From NCBI RefSeq assembly GCF_009914755.1, contig NC_060929.1: DNA of 64,000 nt. One strand, written 5' to 3'. A program made the translations under genes and the position numbers. The DNA comes from the human T2T-CHM13v2.0 reference genome, Homo sapiens. Positions 26,986 to 42,119 of the stretch are shown piece by piece. The notes under the pieces are model-generated. The model was not told where the DNA came from. It did no database searches and saw nothing but the letters and a program-made list of their open reading frames with translations. How positions within the stretch are numbered: position 1 is the first letter of the stretch; each line of letters begins with the position of its first letter.

Positions 26986-29900
26986 ACACAGACCCTTTCA
27001 TCTAAGGAAGGAGACAGAGTGTTATTATTTTTGTTGTTATTGATAGCCATGTTCCCACACAGCTTTATTTTTATGGTGTGCTTAACTGCATAGGGATGAG
27101 TCACAGAAATAAAAGGTGGTAAACATTTAGCAGGTCATCCAGTTCAAACTCATTGTAGAATTCTTCTCCTGCAACATGCTGTTATATCTTAGTCCTATTT
27201 CAAAGTCTTAAAGCATCAAACAAGAAATGGTTCATTTCTTTCTGCTTGACAGTAGAACTGTTATAAAGAACAATTCCAGTGGCGACTTTTGATCTAAGCA
27301 TTTTCCTAATGGCCCAATTGGAACAACTATTTGAATCTCTGCCAGGAGGTTATTTTTGCCCAATGTGAGTGTAATTATTTTTGGGACCCTTTTACTACTT
27401 TCCTGGGGGAAATGGAGTCACAGTCCATTAGCTCTTTTTTTGCTGATGCTCTTTAAAATGTTCAGCTTAAATGTTCCATTTAGGAATTTCCTAACCATTG
27501 GTCCATGGAGCAGACCAAATCTTCTTCAGAAATATCTCATTTCAAACACAGTTAAATTGCTTTAAATTCAACTCCAGAAGACTAATTTAAAAGAATGTGA
27601 TAATCTCAGCCTTGTGGAGTGCACATATTTTGTATTTGGCAGGTATATAATCTATCACTGAAGATCGAGAGATTCTAGTGTATTATAGTACATACATATT
27701 TATGGAATAAATAAATGAATTATTTATATTATCATGCATGTCTCTAACTCATTGTTACTTAATTCAGTGGGACAACGATACTTCCTTTGTCTTTTTGGAT
27801 TAGTATTTATCTATCTTTCCATAAATAAATTGTTTGGAAGCATCACACTTCTGATGCAAATACCAGTTAGAAGGTCTAAATACCAGCTAAAATGATATTT
27901 AGACTTTCAAAACTCTGAAGCATTTACTATGCATTAGTAGCTGACAATAGGTTGGTAAGCCAAACAAACTTGTTTCTGTTGCAGTGCTTACTGAGTACTT
28001 CAGCCAATGAGAGTTGGTTCTGAAGGTACGATAATTCCATTTTATTCTCCAGAGAGTTCATTTTGTCATTCTTTTGTTAGAAAGAGTAAAGCAAAAATTA
28101 AATCGATATCTCAAGTAATTCTTTCCCTTCTACTAGTGGTGGTTTAATTAATGACTCTATCAAATTAATCTCTTAATTAAAATTACATTTTTAAGTGCTT
28201 ATGATGACTGTTTTGAATGTAAATGTGATGTCCAATCAGAACAAAGTTCATTGGTTTAAGTGAAAAGATTTTGTTCTTCATTCACCTCTATATTCCCCAA
28301 ATCCAAGGATTTTGAGCAATGGTTAGACTTAATTAATACAAAATAGAAGGACGTGGCTTCTAAGAGAGAACTACATTCTAATCTCTATTAGTCAAAACAC
28401 TAAAATAAATCTTTAAAAAATCATTAAAATAATAAGGTTCTCCTTTGTGAGGTGTGTGGGAAATCTAGAAATATAAGTTCGTTCAAAACTGCTCAAGTTA
28501 TTATCTACTGAAATTAGATCACAGAGCTTTTGACATTTAAAATATTTTTATGTGGCATATTTTCAGATAGTGAAATTATTGGTGGTCAACTTTTTGGATG
28601 CTTTGCTCTTAAATTTATTTTGCCTTCAACTTAGTAACTGGGTAGTGAGATAGGTGGTGGTAATTAGCTATCTGAGTCAGTGGGGAGGAGCCTGTAATAC
28701 TGAATACAGTATTACAGTTTCTTTGGTGTGTGGTATGGTTAGCACACATAAGATACTTAAGACAAGCTGGGTGCCAGATCTGGGAAAATGAAGTAAAATC
28801 ACTTTGATAGACTGTGTAGGATACAAAATAGCAAATCTCAGACTCTATACTTTGCCATTCTTTTACTTAACTGTTTTGTTTTCTCAAACTTTATACCAAT
28901 TAGTTTAGGCACGTAATTTGTAAATTCCTGGCCTAGGAATATGAAACAAAATAATATCATGGTAAGTCTGTGGATTTCTTTATCTGTTTAATCTTTGTTT
29001 CAGATAATTGTGGAACAAAAGTCTGGACAAAAATATAAAGGGATGATGACACTACATTTTGGAAATAAATGTATTTTAGTGTCCTTAGACCTATAACACT
29101 ATTCTGTCAACTTAATGGTTTTAATTAAGTGCATACCGAATAGTTCCTGACATTAGTCTTATTTCCATAAGAGATATTTCTGTTAGATCAAGTCCAGGGG
29201 TTTCTAAGGGAGACTATAGAACCTGGAGTTGAAAATCATTAATTTTGTTATTCTCTGTAATCATCAATTTATTACAATGAACTTTTGTGCAATGAAAAAT
29301 TATTATCTCTTCACAGATATCAACAGTTTAAAATGGGAAGAATTTTGTTTGAGCATTTGAGGATTTCACACTATGCATCTAGTTCCTTCTGTTTACCTGC
29401 CTTCTTCCAGGTTTTGTAGCCTCTCATTCCTGAGAGAGCAGTAGAAAGCTGAGATATGAAGAGGCTATGAGGTCCTCTTGTTTTTGAGCCTCATTTGCAG
29501 TTGTGGCAGTAGATCGATAAGAGGAAGCATGAATTGCAGTGAGCAGCAATGGGAAAGATTCATACTGTTAAGTGAAAATTACTAAACAATAGAATGATAC
29601 CAACCTGCAGAAAATGTCATATTACATGGATTTTATGCCTCTTATGTAAGAATAACTGGTTGGATTCAAATTCATATTAAGGCACATATTTTCCATCTCT
29701 ATACTACTTGACACCTCAGCTTAAATTTTGGTTTTGACAAAAATAGCCAATAGCTTTACATGACTCTTTCCAAAGACAACCAAATGGCATTTCCTTGTCC
29801 ATCACTAGGACTTAGCATCATTTGCAATGGCTAAGTGCAGTTGACTTGCACCTAGGAAGGTTTCCATGTTGTATTTTTGTTGAAGTAAATTCAGCAGGTA

Positions 29901-32404
29901 GATAGACGAATAGCAGCCCTTGGCTTTTGCAGACAGGTGTCATTGTCCTGACTTGACTAATATTTATCTGGGTTTGTTTAATCTCTTCCTCCTTTCTCAG
30001 AGTTTTGTTTTTATTTTTTTTAACCTACATGCTTTCACCTACAATTCAACTTCCTCAGAATTGTTGTTGTCCCACCTTGTGCAATTTTTACTTCCACAGT
30101 TATTACATTTCCTAATGAGTGCTTCTCTTTGTTCTATGACATAGTGTTCAACACTGCTTTCCTGCTCTCCCCAGAATGCTCACTGCTTATTAGTGTGCTT
30201 CCCACCTGCACAGCTATGCAACATGTTTCTTCAGCTAATCTCTTGGCTCATCTTCCCTTTTATATTTCCCTAACACACTGTGCAGTTCAGCCTCATTTGA
30301 TTTATCACCAACATAACAACTCCCTTATAACTTTGCCTTTCTGTTTGCTTCTGTGGATGTGAAGGTCTTTCAGGAGAAGCTGATTTTTATTACTAATAAC
30401 AGAAACACTATCTGAAGACTTTTATAAAAGGACCTTAGAGCATCTCACAAACATCACCATCTTTATCTTTCATGTTGTCCTTATTAAAAACATATTCTCT
30501 ACCTATGTTTTCTCTACCTGAGTATAGATATCTCTGTGTATTATATCACACAGAGTGAATATAATTTTGGTCCTCAAAGAAATGAGTTTAAAGAGTATAA
30601 TAACAAATTAGTAGAAATTCTGCCTGCCTAAAAATTGTGATGAAAATAAATGACAATAAGAGAATTTAGAAAAACATTTTCCAGGTTTTTAAGTTGTATG
30701 TGTGCTTAAACGAGAAGCATATTATAAAAATTCCTCCCAATCTAGTTTCCCAATCTTGTGATTATCCTTCTGAGACACTCACATGGGCCCATTTCCTGTA
30801 AATCAGTATTAGAGAAGGATGCTTCAGGCAGACCACCTTGAAGTAATAATTGTCTTTCTCAGGAGATTGTCACATGTGCTAGGCCCTCTGGGAGGAAATG
30901 AATGAATTGCCTATTGTGACTTGAAGCACAGAGAAGAAATTTTAAAGGTGAAAATTTCCAAAGTGTTAATGCTCAGAGTAATCACCGGAGTGTGGCAGCT
31001 AGCCCTCGAAGGGCCCACCCTTCCTAGAATCAGTAAACTCTTCCCCTGTAGAAAAATTACATAAACATTTGAAGATTTCCTTTTGTCCTAAGAATTCTAT
31101 TTGTCTGCCAAGGTGATAATTATTTGGGCTGGAAATTTGGCCAGTTGCAATCTCTATTAAGGCATTGGTGGCTGTATTCTTTCCTGCTCTTTTTCATTTG
31201 TGATCCTGTGATTTGCTGGGCCTCTGGGACCTCTTGAGTCAAGAGCTGCCTCTGAGAGCTGTTAGCAGGAAGGAGGGGACATGCCTATGTCTTTTCTCTC
31301 TAAATGGCAGGCCTCACTCTGGAGTTGCCCCATGGTAGCCTCCTCATCTCTTCTCCATGCCAAGCAAAAGGCTTTTGACAAGTCTGGATTGGGCAGAAAC
31401 CCAGAGATTGCTGTAGGGCATCGCTTTCATGAGGACAACCAATAGATCTGCACAATGTCCATGACCAGTCACAAGGCCACTTTTTTCTTGTTCCTCTTAC
31501 ATGCCAGTCCCCATCCTCCACATCTTGACAAAATTACTAGAGAGGAATGCAAAGCTTGGGAAACTTTACTCCCTCCTCATTTCCATTAAATAACTTCACT
31601 CTTGGCCCCCTAACACCCTACTACCCTATTGCTTTAGAAAACAAAAAGTATATTCTTCCTTCAAAAGGTAAATGACCTGGAATTTGTTATTTCTTTCTCC
31701 AGATATTCTCTTTTATTGTAGTTTGGGTTATATTGAGAAACTCTGTGTTGGAGTTTAAAGTACAGAATTTTTTTTTAATGGAATATCCTTGGGACCAACA
31801 TCTCTGGAGGGTGGAAAAAGAAGCAGGATTAGAAGGAGGAGGTATTGAGTTGAGACACAGACTCAACATGCTTCGTGAATTCCACAGGGATCTCTGGAGC
31901 CAGAATGGCCCCCCAGAGCTGTTCTCAGTTGACCCAAGATGACCAGTCCTTTATGTTCCTGCATCATTTGGTGATCACATGTGAGTATCCCTAGCAAAGA
32001 CATAACCTTGGGCTAGAGGACACTTATGGCACTGAGACAATCCCTGAAAGGGCTGACAGATGATGGCAGTCTTCTGACAGCATTCTATGGTAAAGTACCT
32101 GGGACAACAACTCTTTTATTAAAGAGAAATCTGTGTGGTGTACTATAGCGTCTACCATAGGCTACCCTTTGCTCCATTCAGATTCTCTTATTAATACACA
32201 TTTAGGAAGCAGTTATTTGGAATTCTGCTGGACTCCTCATGAGCTAAACTGAGAATAGGAAGATATTAGGACAAACTATAGCCCCAATACTGCAGCTGAT
32301 CTCAGAGTCACAACTTAAACTCATTGTTCCCCTCTACTATTGAGTCTAGATTTTCTTTCTCTCTCTCTTTCTTCCAACAAGAATGAGCTTAGAATCTTTT
32401 CTTC

Positions 32405-32534
32405 TATTTTCTTTTTTGTTGAGATGAAATCCTGCTGTGTTTCACAGGCTAGTCGTGAACTTCTGGCTCAAGTGATCTTCCCACCTCGGCCTCCAGACTA
32501 GTTGAAATTACAGGCATGCACACTGTGCCTGGCC
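32405..32534 (-). mobile_element. FLAM / Alu left monomer inside ERVL
   Basis: GAGATG...GAACTTCTGGCTCAAGTGATCTTCCCACCTCGGCCTCC...GTGCCTGGCC. Confidence 0.8.
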
Positions 32535-33351
32535 TGCTTTTCTTTATTTTTACTTTGCATCTCTGTTGGTTTCAGTGTTTAGCTGGGCACTACCCATACT
32601 CTCAGCCTTGAGTAGTCTTAGTTTCTGGTCACCATGCCATTCTCAAAACCAGGATTGCTGAACTCGGTCCATTTGCCATCATAATTGGCAAAGAGAATAT
32701 CGAAAATACCCAGGTGAGTTACCTGGGTTGCTAGACTTATTCTTCCTTGTTCCATTGTGTAATAGCAGCCCTACTTCTACTTGATAGTTTGGTTAATTAC
32801 CTTGCCAAAATGATGACTCCTCCTGTTGCCATCTGGTTCCTTGGCACAAGAAACCTAAATGCCTAGGCTACAGTCAAAGCTTGTAAGACAATGGGATTGT
32901 TACTATATCCTTTGGCAGAAGTGTTCTCCCTTTGAGAACCAGGATCTCAAAATCCATAGGATCCAGAGTTTCAGAGTAATGAATTATTCAATCAAGTCAC
33001 TGGGAAAGAAAGGAGGTGAGACCACTTTTTCTTCTACCCCTTAGTTCTTAGAACCATGTATTTTTCCTTTTGGGGAAATAGAACCACATGAAGGTCTTTG
33101 AATCAAAGTGTATACTAGTCCTAGAAGCTGACAACCTGTCATTGTAAAGCATTGGCCATTGGCCCTGAGCTGAGATTTTAGTTGTGTCTTCAGAAGACTG
33201 TTTCAATGCTCTATCAGGCTACTAACTTTGATGTAAGGAGACAAATAATATGCCCAGAGGATCTCCTGATTTGGGGCCAACTCCATCTCTGTTTTGCTAT
33301 AGTTCTCCTGATTATGTGAGATCCCATAGCAATGGATTAAGCACTTTGTAA

Positions 33352-33656
<305 letters not shown>

Positions 33657-33892
33657 GTATAAACTCTTGGATAGTGGTAATGACTAAGTGTCTGCTTGCA
33701 AGAAGGCAAACCAAGTGGCAAGTTGGTTTCCTCAAGGGGTAGTGCCATAATTCAGAGTCAATGTTGGTCTCTGTTGCTGGCAGGTTGAATATTTAGCAGA
33801 AGTAATAGCTAAATTACTTCTTGTTAAGTTAGGAACCCATGCTCTTGGAGACTTCTATTTTTATCAGCTTAGCAACTCTGTTCATATGCCCA

Positions 33893-34240
33893 TTATATCA
33901 GTTTTGAGGTAGACAATGACAGAGGCAGGCTGATGTTATCTGGCTGAATCATTTTGGTTTCATGGTTATTTAGTAACTCCACTGTGTTGAATGCTATCTG
34001 GTGGGTGTAATCATGTGATACAAAGATTTTATAATTTGAGCCCACTCTCATGTTTACCCACATGCCTCTACCCCTGATCTTTTTGTCGCTGATCTTCCCA
34101 TTTTCTCTCTCCAGGCCCCAATTAACCTGCCAGGCCACTTGCCACTGCTGATTAGTCCGTAAGTGTAGTCTAATCTACTTATGTGTAGTCTAATCTGCTT
34201 CTCTTTCCACACAAAGTAGATGGTCAAGGTGCAGAGAAGT
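33893..34240 (-). pseudogene. ERVL pol RNase H fragment
   Basis: KISDKKIRGRGMW...KIFVSHDYTHQ...LNNH matches the HERV-L KIGDKEIWGRGMW...KIFVSHVNAHQ motif. Confidence 0.75.
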
Positions 34241-34244
34241 GAGT

Positions 34245-34410
34245 TGTCACTATTTCCTGGGGCCTTTGCCAAGATTCTAAATCCTGTATACTGAGAGAGT
34301 GCTCCCCAAATGACAAACTCTCCCTTATCCAACCTTACGGTATAACCACCTTGATCAAGCACACTCAACATGCAATCACATGTATACTTTTCCAATTCCT
34401 GCTGGTACAT
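34245..34410 (-). pseudogene. ERVL gag fragment
   Basis: YQQELEKYTCDCMLSVLDQGGYTVRLDKGEFVIWGALS resembles the HERV-L gag W.W.LRV.D.GG....LD..EF...G.LS block. Confidence 0.75.
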
Positions 34411-34988
34411 TCTGTTTCTTGTAGCTCCTTTGGGTTACAGTATCTTTCTTCCCTAATTAGGCCCAGTATGTCCCTGGCTTGGTTTTCCTGCAGCTTAACC
34501 ATAGCTATCATAGCCAAAAAGAAGTAGGGGCATATCCTGAGGGAGACAAAATTGTCTTGCAGGGGGCAGGCCTCTGAATTTTCTTCCTACAAGAGGGGAG
34601 GGAGGTTAACTCTTGACTGGGGAAGGAGAGCCCTTCTGCAATCTCAGAAGATTTCAGGAAATCTAAGGATTCAGGACTTGTTTGGACATACACATAGATA
34701 CCTATCCAATGCATCAGGGGCCTATTATTTTTTTCAAGCCAAGGCCCTAATCCTGGCATAGAAGGTATGTCTTGATAAGGAGTTTAACCTTCTTCAGAGC
34801 TTGGCAACTCTGATTATTAAATCCTATTCCTGTCCTATGATTTCTAGGCCCTCCTGCTGCAGAAAATTAGATCCTTTATATATGTTACCAAGAAGGCGCT
34901 TTACTTTCACACCTGCTTTCAATTACCTGTAAATTTCTCTCAGCTTTTTCTTTCTTTCAGAAAAGGGAGCTTAGAAAATAGCCACATG

Positions 34989-35279
34989 GGCTGGGCATGG
35001 TGGCTCATGCCTGTAATCCCAGCACTTTGGGAGGCCGAGATGGGCAGATCACGAGGTCAGGAGTTCGAGATCAGCCTGGCCAAAATAGTGAAACCCCGTC
35101 TCTACTAAAAATACAAAAAATTAGCCAGGCTTGCTGGCGGGCACCTGTAATCCCAGCTACTCAGGAGGCTGAGGCAGGAGAATCTTATGAACCCAGGAGG
35201 CGGAGGTTGCAGTGAGCCGAGATTGTGCCAATGTACTCCAGCCCGGGCGACAGGACGAGTCTCCATCCCAAGGAAAAAA
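34989..35279 (+). mobile_element. AluSg-like inside ERVL
   Basis: GATCACGAGGTCAGGAGTTCGAG; perfect 14-bp TSD AAAATAGCCACATG (34975-34988, 35280-35293). Confidence 0.95.
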
Positions 35280-36321
35280 AAAATAGCCACATGATTGTAT
35301 TGTTCTTATAGTTTCTATTGCTGGCTTATTTTTCAAATGTCTGATATGTAGCAGTAGCTAGAGCATCCCATCCACCTTTATATCATCCCAATTCACCAGT
35401 GAAATTTTGGCCAATAGGAACCTTACCTAGTATCAGGACTGCCTGTGCCCTACCACAAGTGATGTGGTTCTCATTGCCAGCAAAGCCACAAGTGATCCGG
35501 CTCCAAACCCCATCTTCTTTCCTACAATTCTCAGAGTACTCCGGGTACCAACTGTCACAGGTTACAGTTTCCCAGGAAGCAGACTCTGAGATGGGGATTA
35601 GAACATGCTACATATTTATTAAAGAACGCCCTATGGATAGACACATATGGAAAGGGAGATAAGAAAACAGGATTAGGCAAAAGGAGAAGGAGAAGTTAGC
35701 TGAAATGCAGGCTTGACAGCAGCCTCAGCCAACACTGCAGGGACACTTGGTGCTAAAATGGTCCTTCAGAGGTATCCTGAGCCAGATGAAGATCATCAGG
35801 TCTTTATTCTTCTGCACTAATCAGTTGTTGGATGTGTGTGTCCCTGGGAAAGAGCATGACCTTAAACAAGAGGGTTCTGCAGCTGAGGCAATCCTTGAAG
35901 GGGCTGATAGCTAACAGCTGCCTGCTGACATGTCTCCAAACAGCTGGGTCAACAAGCCCTTCACTGAGGAAGGATCTGGACCCTAGAACTAATCCTTTTA
36001 GGGAAGTAGCAATTTGAGGAGGCTTGAAAGTAGCTTTCAGAAAGACTGTGCCATCTTTCTGTATGACCCTGTGCCTTTGCACATTCTTCTGTTTCTACAC
36101 CAAATGATTTTTCCCCACTCTTCATTCCTTTCTTTGCTAACTAGAACGTGTCCTTCAAGCATTGCCTTCCCAAAGAAGCCATTGCAGAATAGATTCCCTT
36201 TCAACCCCACTCCCAAGTCTCCTTGCCAAACAAACTCCCTGACTGGTGAAATGTTCCTGTGTTTTCCTGTGAGACTTTTAAGATGCCTATATATTAATAC
36301 TTAATGCTTATCACCCTGAGG

Positions 36322-36611
36322 TTTTTTTTGTTTTGTTTTGTTTTTTGAGACATAGTCTTACTCTATCGTCCAGGCTGGAGTGCATTGGCGCCTATCTCCG
36401 CTCACTGCAACTTCCGTCTCCCAGGTTCAAGCAATTCTCGTGTCTCAGCCTCCTGAGTGCACCACCATACCTGGCTAATTTTTGTATTTTTAGTAGAGAC
36501 AGGGTTTTACCATGTTGGCTAGGCTGATATTGAACTCCTGACCTCAGGTGATCCGCTTGCCTTGGCCTCCCAAATTGCTGGGATTACAGGTATGAGTCAC
36601 CACGCCTGGCC
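36322..36611 (-). mobile_element. AluSx-like with ~16-nt internal deletion
   Basis: Alu blocks; AGCTGGGATTACAGG missing near 36458; TSD ACCCTGAG. Confidence 0.93.
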
Positions 36612-36794
36612 TACCCTGAGTTTTCATTATGTAGTCATCTGCTATATTTTTCACTGGGCTGTTCATTTCTTGGAGATTTTATCTTTTCTTTTACTGGTGT
36701 ATATTTAAGGAGCAGAACCAGTATGGTGCCTTTCATGTATCATGTATGTTAAATGGATGAACCCATCAAAAATATTATCATTCATGCCATAGAA

Positions 36795-37010
36795 GAAGGA
36801 CACAGAACTAGAGTTAAGAAATCCAATTTGAGTCCTTACTTTGTCATAAACAGATTACAGATAAGTCACTCAATCTCCTCATATGTTTCACCTTCTGTAA
36901 AATGTAGATAAGTTCTCTCCTTACTTTATATCATTTTTATAAAGATAAAGGTAAATGAGATATATGAATGTTGGGTAATAAAAGTGTTATACAATGCCAG
37001 AAATTATTAT
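36795..37010 (+). mobile_element. MIR relic
   Basis: GATAAGTCACTCAATCTC...TGTTTCACCTTCTGTAAAATG. Confidence 0.65.
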
Positions 37011-40000
37011 TGTTTACCTATCACTTATTCTTCATCAGTGATCAGTGTTTGCCTACCTTGCTGCCTATAAATGTTTCATTTACTGTTGTAAGTCTCTGGG
37101 TTAATCACAGATGCAAATTTTAACTGTTGCTAAGGTGTATCTGCTCTGTACTCTTCAATTCTGGACAACTAATCCATATGTGTGTTTGGAAACTGGAAAA
37201 TAAATGAGCCACTGAAAACTATCACCTCTAAAAGAGAACCCTGGATTAGTGAAAGGCCTAATCAGTGGGTTAAAAGGTGAACTGTCTCTGACTTTAAGAA
37301 AGTTATAGTCTGCTAGAGGGAGACAAACATGTGATAATATAAGAGAAATGAAATATTATAGATATTTTCTAGATATGAGATGGGATTTAGTGCAGGTACA
37401 AAGGAAGGAGTGATTAGATAGAGATTGAGGAGATGAAACTTGCCCTGTCTGGCAGTTTCCCTTCAGGCAGGCAAGGAACTGAAGGGCATGCAGGATGTGC
37501 AGAGGCACAAAGGAATAATAAGACAGAGGATTCCAAAGAGTTCTGTGTGACCAGAATGTATGGCAGAGGGGATGAGGGAAAATAAGGCAGCCACATGTGT
37601 CTGCCACCTTGGCATCAGAAAGGCCTCACTGGACATACTGTATATGGGGTCCTCTTCTGTTGCAGTTCTGAGATTCTCTGACTTACCTCAATTAGTAATT
37701 TATTATTTGGTATGGGAGATTCACTCCATTATGATAGTGGTCTTATGCAATATGTTTTATTTCATCATTGTAAATATATTTAATTCTGAAAATGCAAGGC
37801 TTTGGGGATAGGCTGTAATCATGTCTATCAGAAGTTTAAAGGATCCAGATAGCCATTGTTTAATGGCACCAATGATAAATGTAATGTCAGTTTAAAGAAT
37901 GCTTTGAAAGCAAAGTTAGGTCATCTTTAATTGTTTGTTACTGAGGCTAAGGTGGAGGTGGGGGAGATTTCCTTTGCTTTACCGTTAGTATAGAACCTTT
38001 TTTTTATTTTTTATTTTTTTTCATGAGCATAGAACACAGCAAAAAACATCAAGGCACTTTAGGGTTGGTAAGGACTAAAAATTATCTTTCCAGCTCCCTT
38101 CATGCCAATTCCCCACTCCGGCCAACAAAAACCCTAATTGCTTCTATAGGTCCATGACATCTTAAAGATCTTGAAAGGTCTAGAGTGGTAGGGAATTACA
38201 ATACTGTTTAGTCATTTACTGGTGATGGCATCATATACATTTCTACATATGTCTGGAATATCAGAGATATTCTGGGTACTTCTAAAAGTCATGACAGAAC
38301 TTGGTGGTATGGAAAGATTGGAACGAATATGCATTTCTCCTGCTGAAGGCAGCATGTAGAAGCATAAGCACCATTTTTGCTCCACCACTGGCTTTGCAAA
38401 TCATACATTTCCCAGAGGTAGATAATAATAAGGAAATATGAGAAAATCAAATTCTCTAGTTCTTCTAGTAAAGTAGAACAGCAAAGTCATTTTAAAATGA
38501 TAGTCCAGTGGTTGTGACATGACCAGATAAGTCAGGTTGGAAGGGTTCCTAAAAATAATTCAGCTGAATCCTTTACTGATGAGGAAACTGAAGTCCACAA
38601 AGGTCAAGTGGTTTGCCCAAGGCCACAAAGCTCTCTGATCATCTAAAGTGGTCCCCAATGCTGTAATGTTTATTGGTTTTCAGACTTATTGTTTCATAGA
38701 ACAGAGTTCCTTCTCATCAAAATGGGTTTTATAGAATATGGCATCCTCCTCACATGCCATAAGGAAGCTACTCCCTTCTGAGGACTATAGCTTGTCCTTC
38801 ATTATTCAAAAGATCAATTATCTTGAGCTCTTCCCATTCATTGTTGGTTTACTTCCCTGTTCATTAATTAGTTCTGAGAGGAGAGAAAAGTAAAGGAGGT
38901 AAAACCCATAGTCATTCTTTTACTTATTAGTGGTTTGGTGGGTGTTAGGGGAGAGAGGGAGGGTTGGTGGAAAAAATGAAATAAAAGATTTTTAAGATGA
39001 TTACCTGTGACTTTCATTTGTTCCAAGGTATTAATGACATAAAAAAATCGAGAGCTTCACAAAAAATACATTGACATTCTTATCCTGCAAAATCTTCAAC
39101 GTTTCCCAATCCAAAACTCATATTTTAAACATTATTCAATCACCTACATCCTTAGTCTTTAATCTATGGGTTTCTCATGATTTGTATTCTGTTAGAAGCA
39201 TGATGGGTTTTAGTTATGAGTGTGTGAGTGAAGAAACGAAGGTGAGTTCCCAGGCTTTTCTCAGCTGAGACTATCACCATATGTGTGAACAAATGCCTTC
39301 CAGCCGATACTGGGTGTAAACCACTTGAAATATTGGAGAAAGGCCAACATTTCATCATCTTGGCCCATCTCTTTGCACAGTGTAATGCTCTCGTGTGCCG
39401 TTCCAGAGCAGTGAAACTCCGAAGGCTTGTCTAAAATGCCAATGATAATACACCTATTTTTATCTAGCAGAGCCACTGTGGTTCACATAGTTACTTTCCC
39501 AACTGAAAAATGCTGGTGAACCAGCACAGCAAGACCAAGATAAGTATCTTCTTAGAGTTACTGGCAAACAGCAAAGACAATTAAACTTCAGTATTGAGTC
39601 ACTTGTCAACTGGGCAGGCTGACTTCAACTCCTACCACTGAGTTTTCAAGCTGCGTAGGATTTTGCCATATTGAGCTTAGTTTACATTAAGCCATTTGTG
39701 CTGCTAAATTCTTTAAAAGCCAAATTATTTGATAAGAGGCTGTATGCTTGTATTTTGGAGCATGTGTGATACTTACCGTCCTAGTTTCTAAGCTGAAATT
39801 GTTGATGCCAAGAAGGGAGATTATTACATGTACTGATGCACTGTGAGCAGACCAAATGTAACTCCTTTTTGCAAAAGAACCTATGTGAATACCGAGTCAG
39901 CCTCCCACACACATGAGTCTTCTTTGTCACTTCAGTGGGAGTTTTATGTGGGAATTAAGAAGAGAAAAATGTCACCCAGAGTGTGTCTGATCATGATTTA

Positions 40001-41782
40001 ATATCTGAGCCAAGACATCTTCATCTAGTGAAAGCTCCTACCCACATAACATTAAATCATAAACATATGCAGCAACGGGCCTTTGAATACGCCTTTGCAA
40101 TGCTTTGCATGGAATGAGCCATAAGCTATGTTATTTGATAAATTGAATTGACATTCACAGGAAACTCTCATATTGGGATATTTAGTTGAAATATAAATGA
40201 CAGAATGGTCAGCGTTTTGGTTCAATGCTTTGGGGGAGGACCATAAAAGTCCCAATGTTTGCTAAGAGAAGAAAGCCCAAAACAACTTATATGCCTTCAT
40301 GGCCTAAAACAGGGAGTGGTAGGAAGTAGGGGAGGCAAGAGAGGCAGTGTGTGTGTGAGAACCAAAGGCTTCCTCTAACAAACTAATTAATTATACCTTT
40401 ATGTATGATTAAGATGCATTCATTAAAAATTAGAGGCCATATAGTTTTGATTACTGTTAAAACAAATGCATACACCAAACAAGCACAACCATGTTTTATT
40501 AAAATAAATAAAGGAGCTTATGGGATCAGTCCACAGCATTTAAATGCAGTTCCATCCTGTGTTTCCCATGGGGTAATTACATGACTCAGTCCACTGGACA
40601 ACCAGCTCAGCCAAAGCAGATTTATAGGGAGTAAGGAGAGATCATCCTGGGATTCCTTTTGCTTGGCTTCAGAGTTCCTGAATTAGCGTAGAGTTGGGTG
40701 TGAGTTACAGGTTACACTATTAAGCAGCTTCCTCAACCACAGAAGCACTTATAAGGCAAGAGGCAGGCATGGGGTGGTTCTGGTCCTATTCACGTTTGGA
40801 AACTAAAGAAATGGGAGGAACACTAAGAGGTTTATGTAGGTTTTTCCTGGAGACCTGGGTTGGCCATATTGAATCCACAAGGATTAGAGCTGAGTGGGTT
40901 CCTGTGTAGGGGCATGCTGCTGTTCAACTGCAGTGTCATCTGGCCATTGTTCTTTGATGCAAACAGATTCTATCTATGGCTCCTCACACTACAAAATATG
41001 GTAGGTTTTCATTACCTTCAAGGAAAGAAGTCTCTACTAAAAACTTTTAAATACTTTAGCTGCAGCCCCAGAAGCACTACACGCAGCAGTTTGCAGGTAG
41101 AGTGGACCATGAATAGGGCTTTGTATGAGGACCCTTAGAATTATATTGGAATACCTGTAGCCCACTTATAGACTAAACGTAAGTAACTCTTTAAGGCAAG
41201 TAAGTAAAACAGAACATCATGTTTCAGGTAGGATTTTATTATATCTTATCAGTGGCATCATTATTCCCCTTGAGCTGAACCTCATGCTGAGCTAGAATTG
41301 GCGTTTTTAGGCTTCTTATAATCATAAATATAAACTGAATTCTGCCTTTACAATAAATGCTTCTCTCATCTACTGGATTCTCTAACTCAACTTTAACGTG
41401 GGAAGTTGTGATTTCTAATTGATCTATCCACAGGCATTGGGTCCTCTTCTGCAGATATAGGTACTTAGCACCCCTGCCGCCACACCACTCCAAGGGGAAT
41501 TGTGAGTGGAGAGAAAGTCCAACTGGCACAGAAACTGTTGTAGAAAATCCAAGGAAATGCCGATTGCAAGATTCTGAGTGTTTGGCAATTAATACAATTT
41601 ATCCTTTTGGCCTAGAAAATTTACTCACAGAGAAATTTTTAAAAAGCCTACCATGTAATACCCTTTCAAGATTCCTAAATAGTATTGGGAAAATCCAAAT
41701 CATACAAGTCGCTTTCTTCTCAACCCCAGGTAAATCAAGCTACTAGATTATTAACTCTGGGTTATATCATCACTACACTTTT

Positions 41783-42119
41783 ACCTCATATTAACGTTAT
41801 ATACATTATTAAGTTATATATAGGTATAGATTATATATAATACATATAATTTTAAAAAAATTTTGTGTGTATATCATAGGTATGTGTACATATACATATT
41901 TATGGGGTACATGAGATACTTTAATACAGGCATGCAATGGGTAATAATCACACCAGGGTAAATGGGATATCTATCCACTCAAGCATTTATTCTTCGTGTT
42001 ACAAACAATCCAATTATACTCTTTTAGTTATTTAAAAATATACAATTAAATTATTATTGACTAAAATCACTTGTTGTGCCATCAAATACTAGGTCTTCTT
42101 CATTCTTTCCAACTACTTT

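Noticed and set aside
28962-29003. GTAAGT...polypyrimidine-CAG mini-intron
   Set aside because: Only 42 nt, below the usual minimum for vertebrate spliceosomal introns; no supporting ORF
23596-32159. LTR16-like copies at 23.6 kb and 31.7 kb as one provirus
   Set aside because: No ERV internal sequence between them; PPT/PBS junctions pair 31717 with 35553 instead
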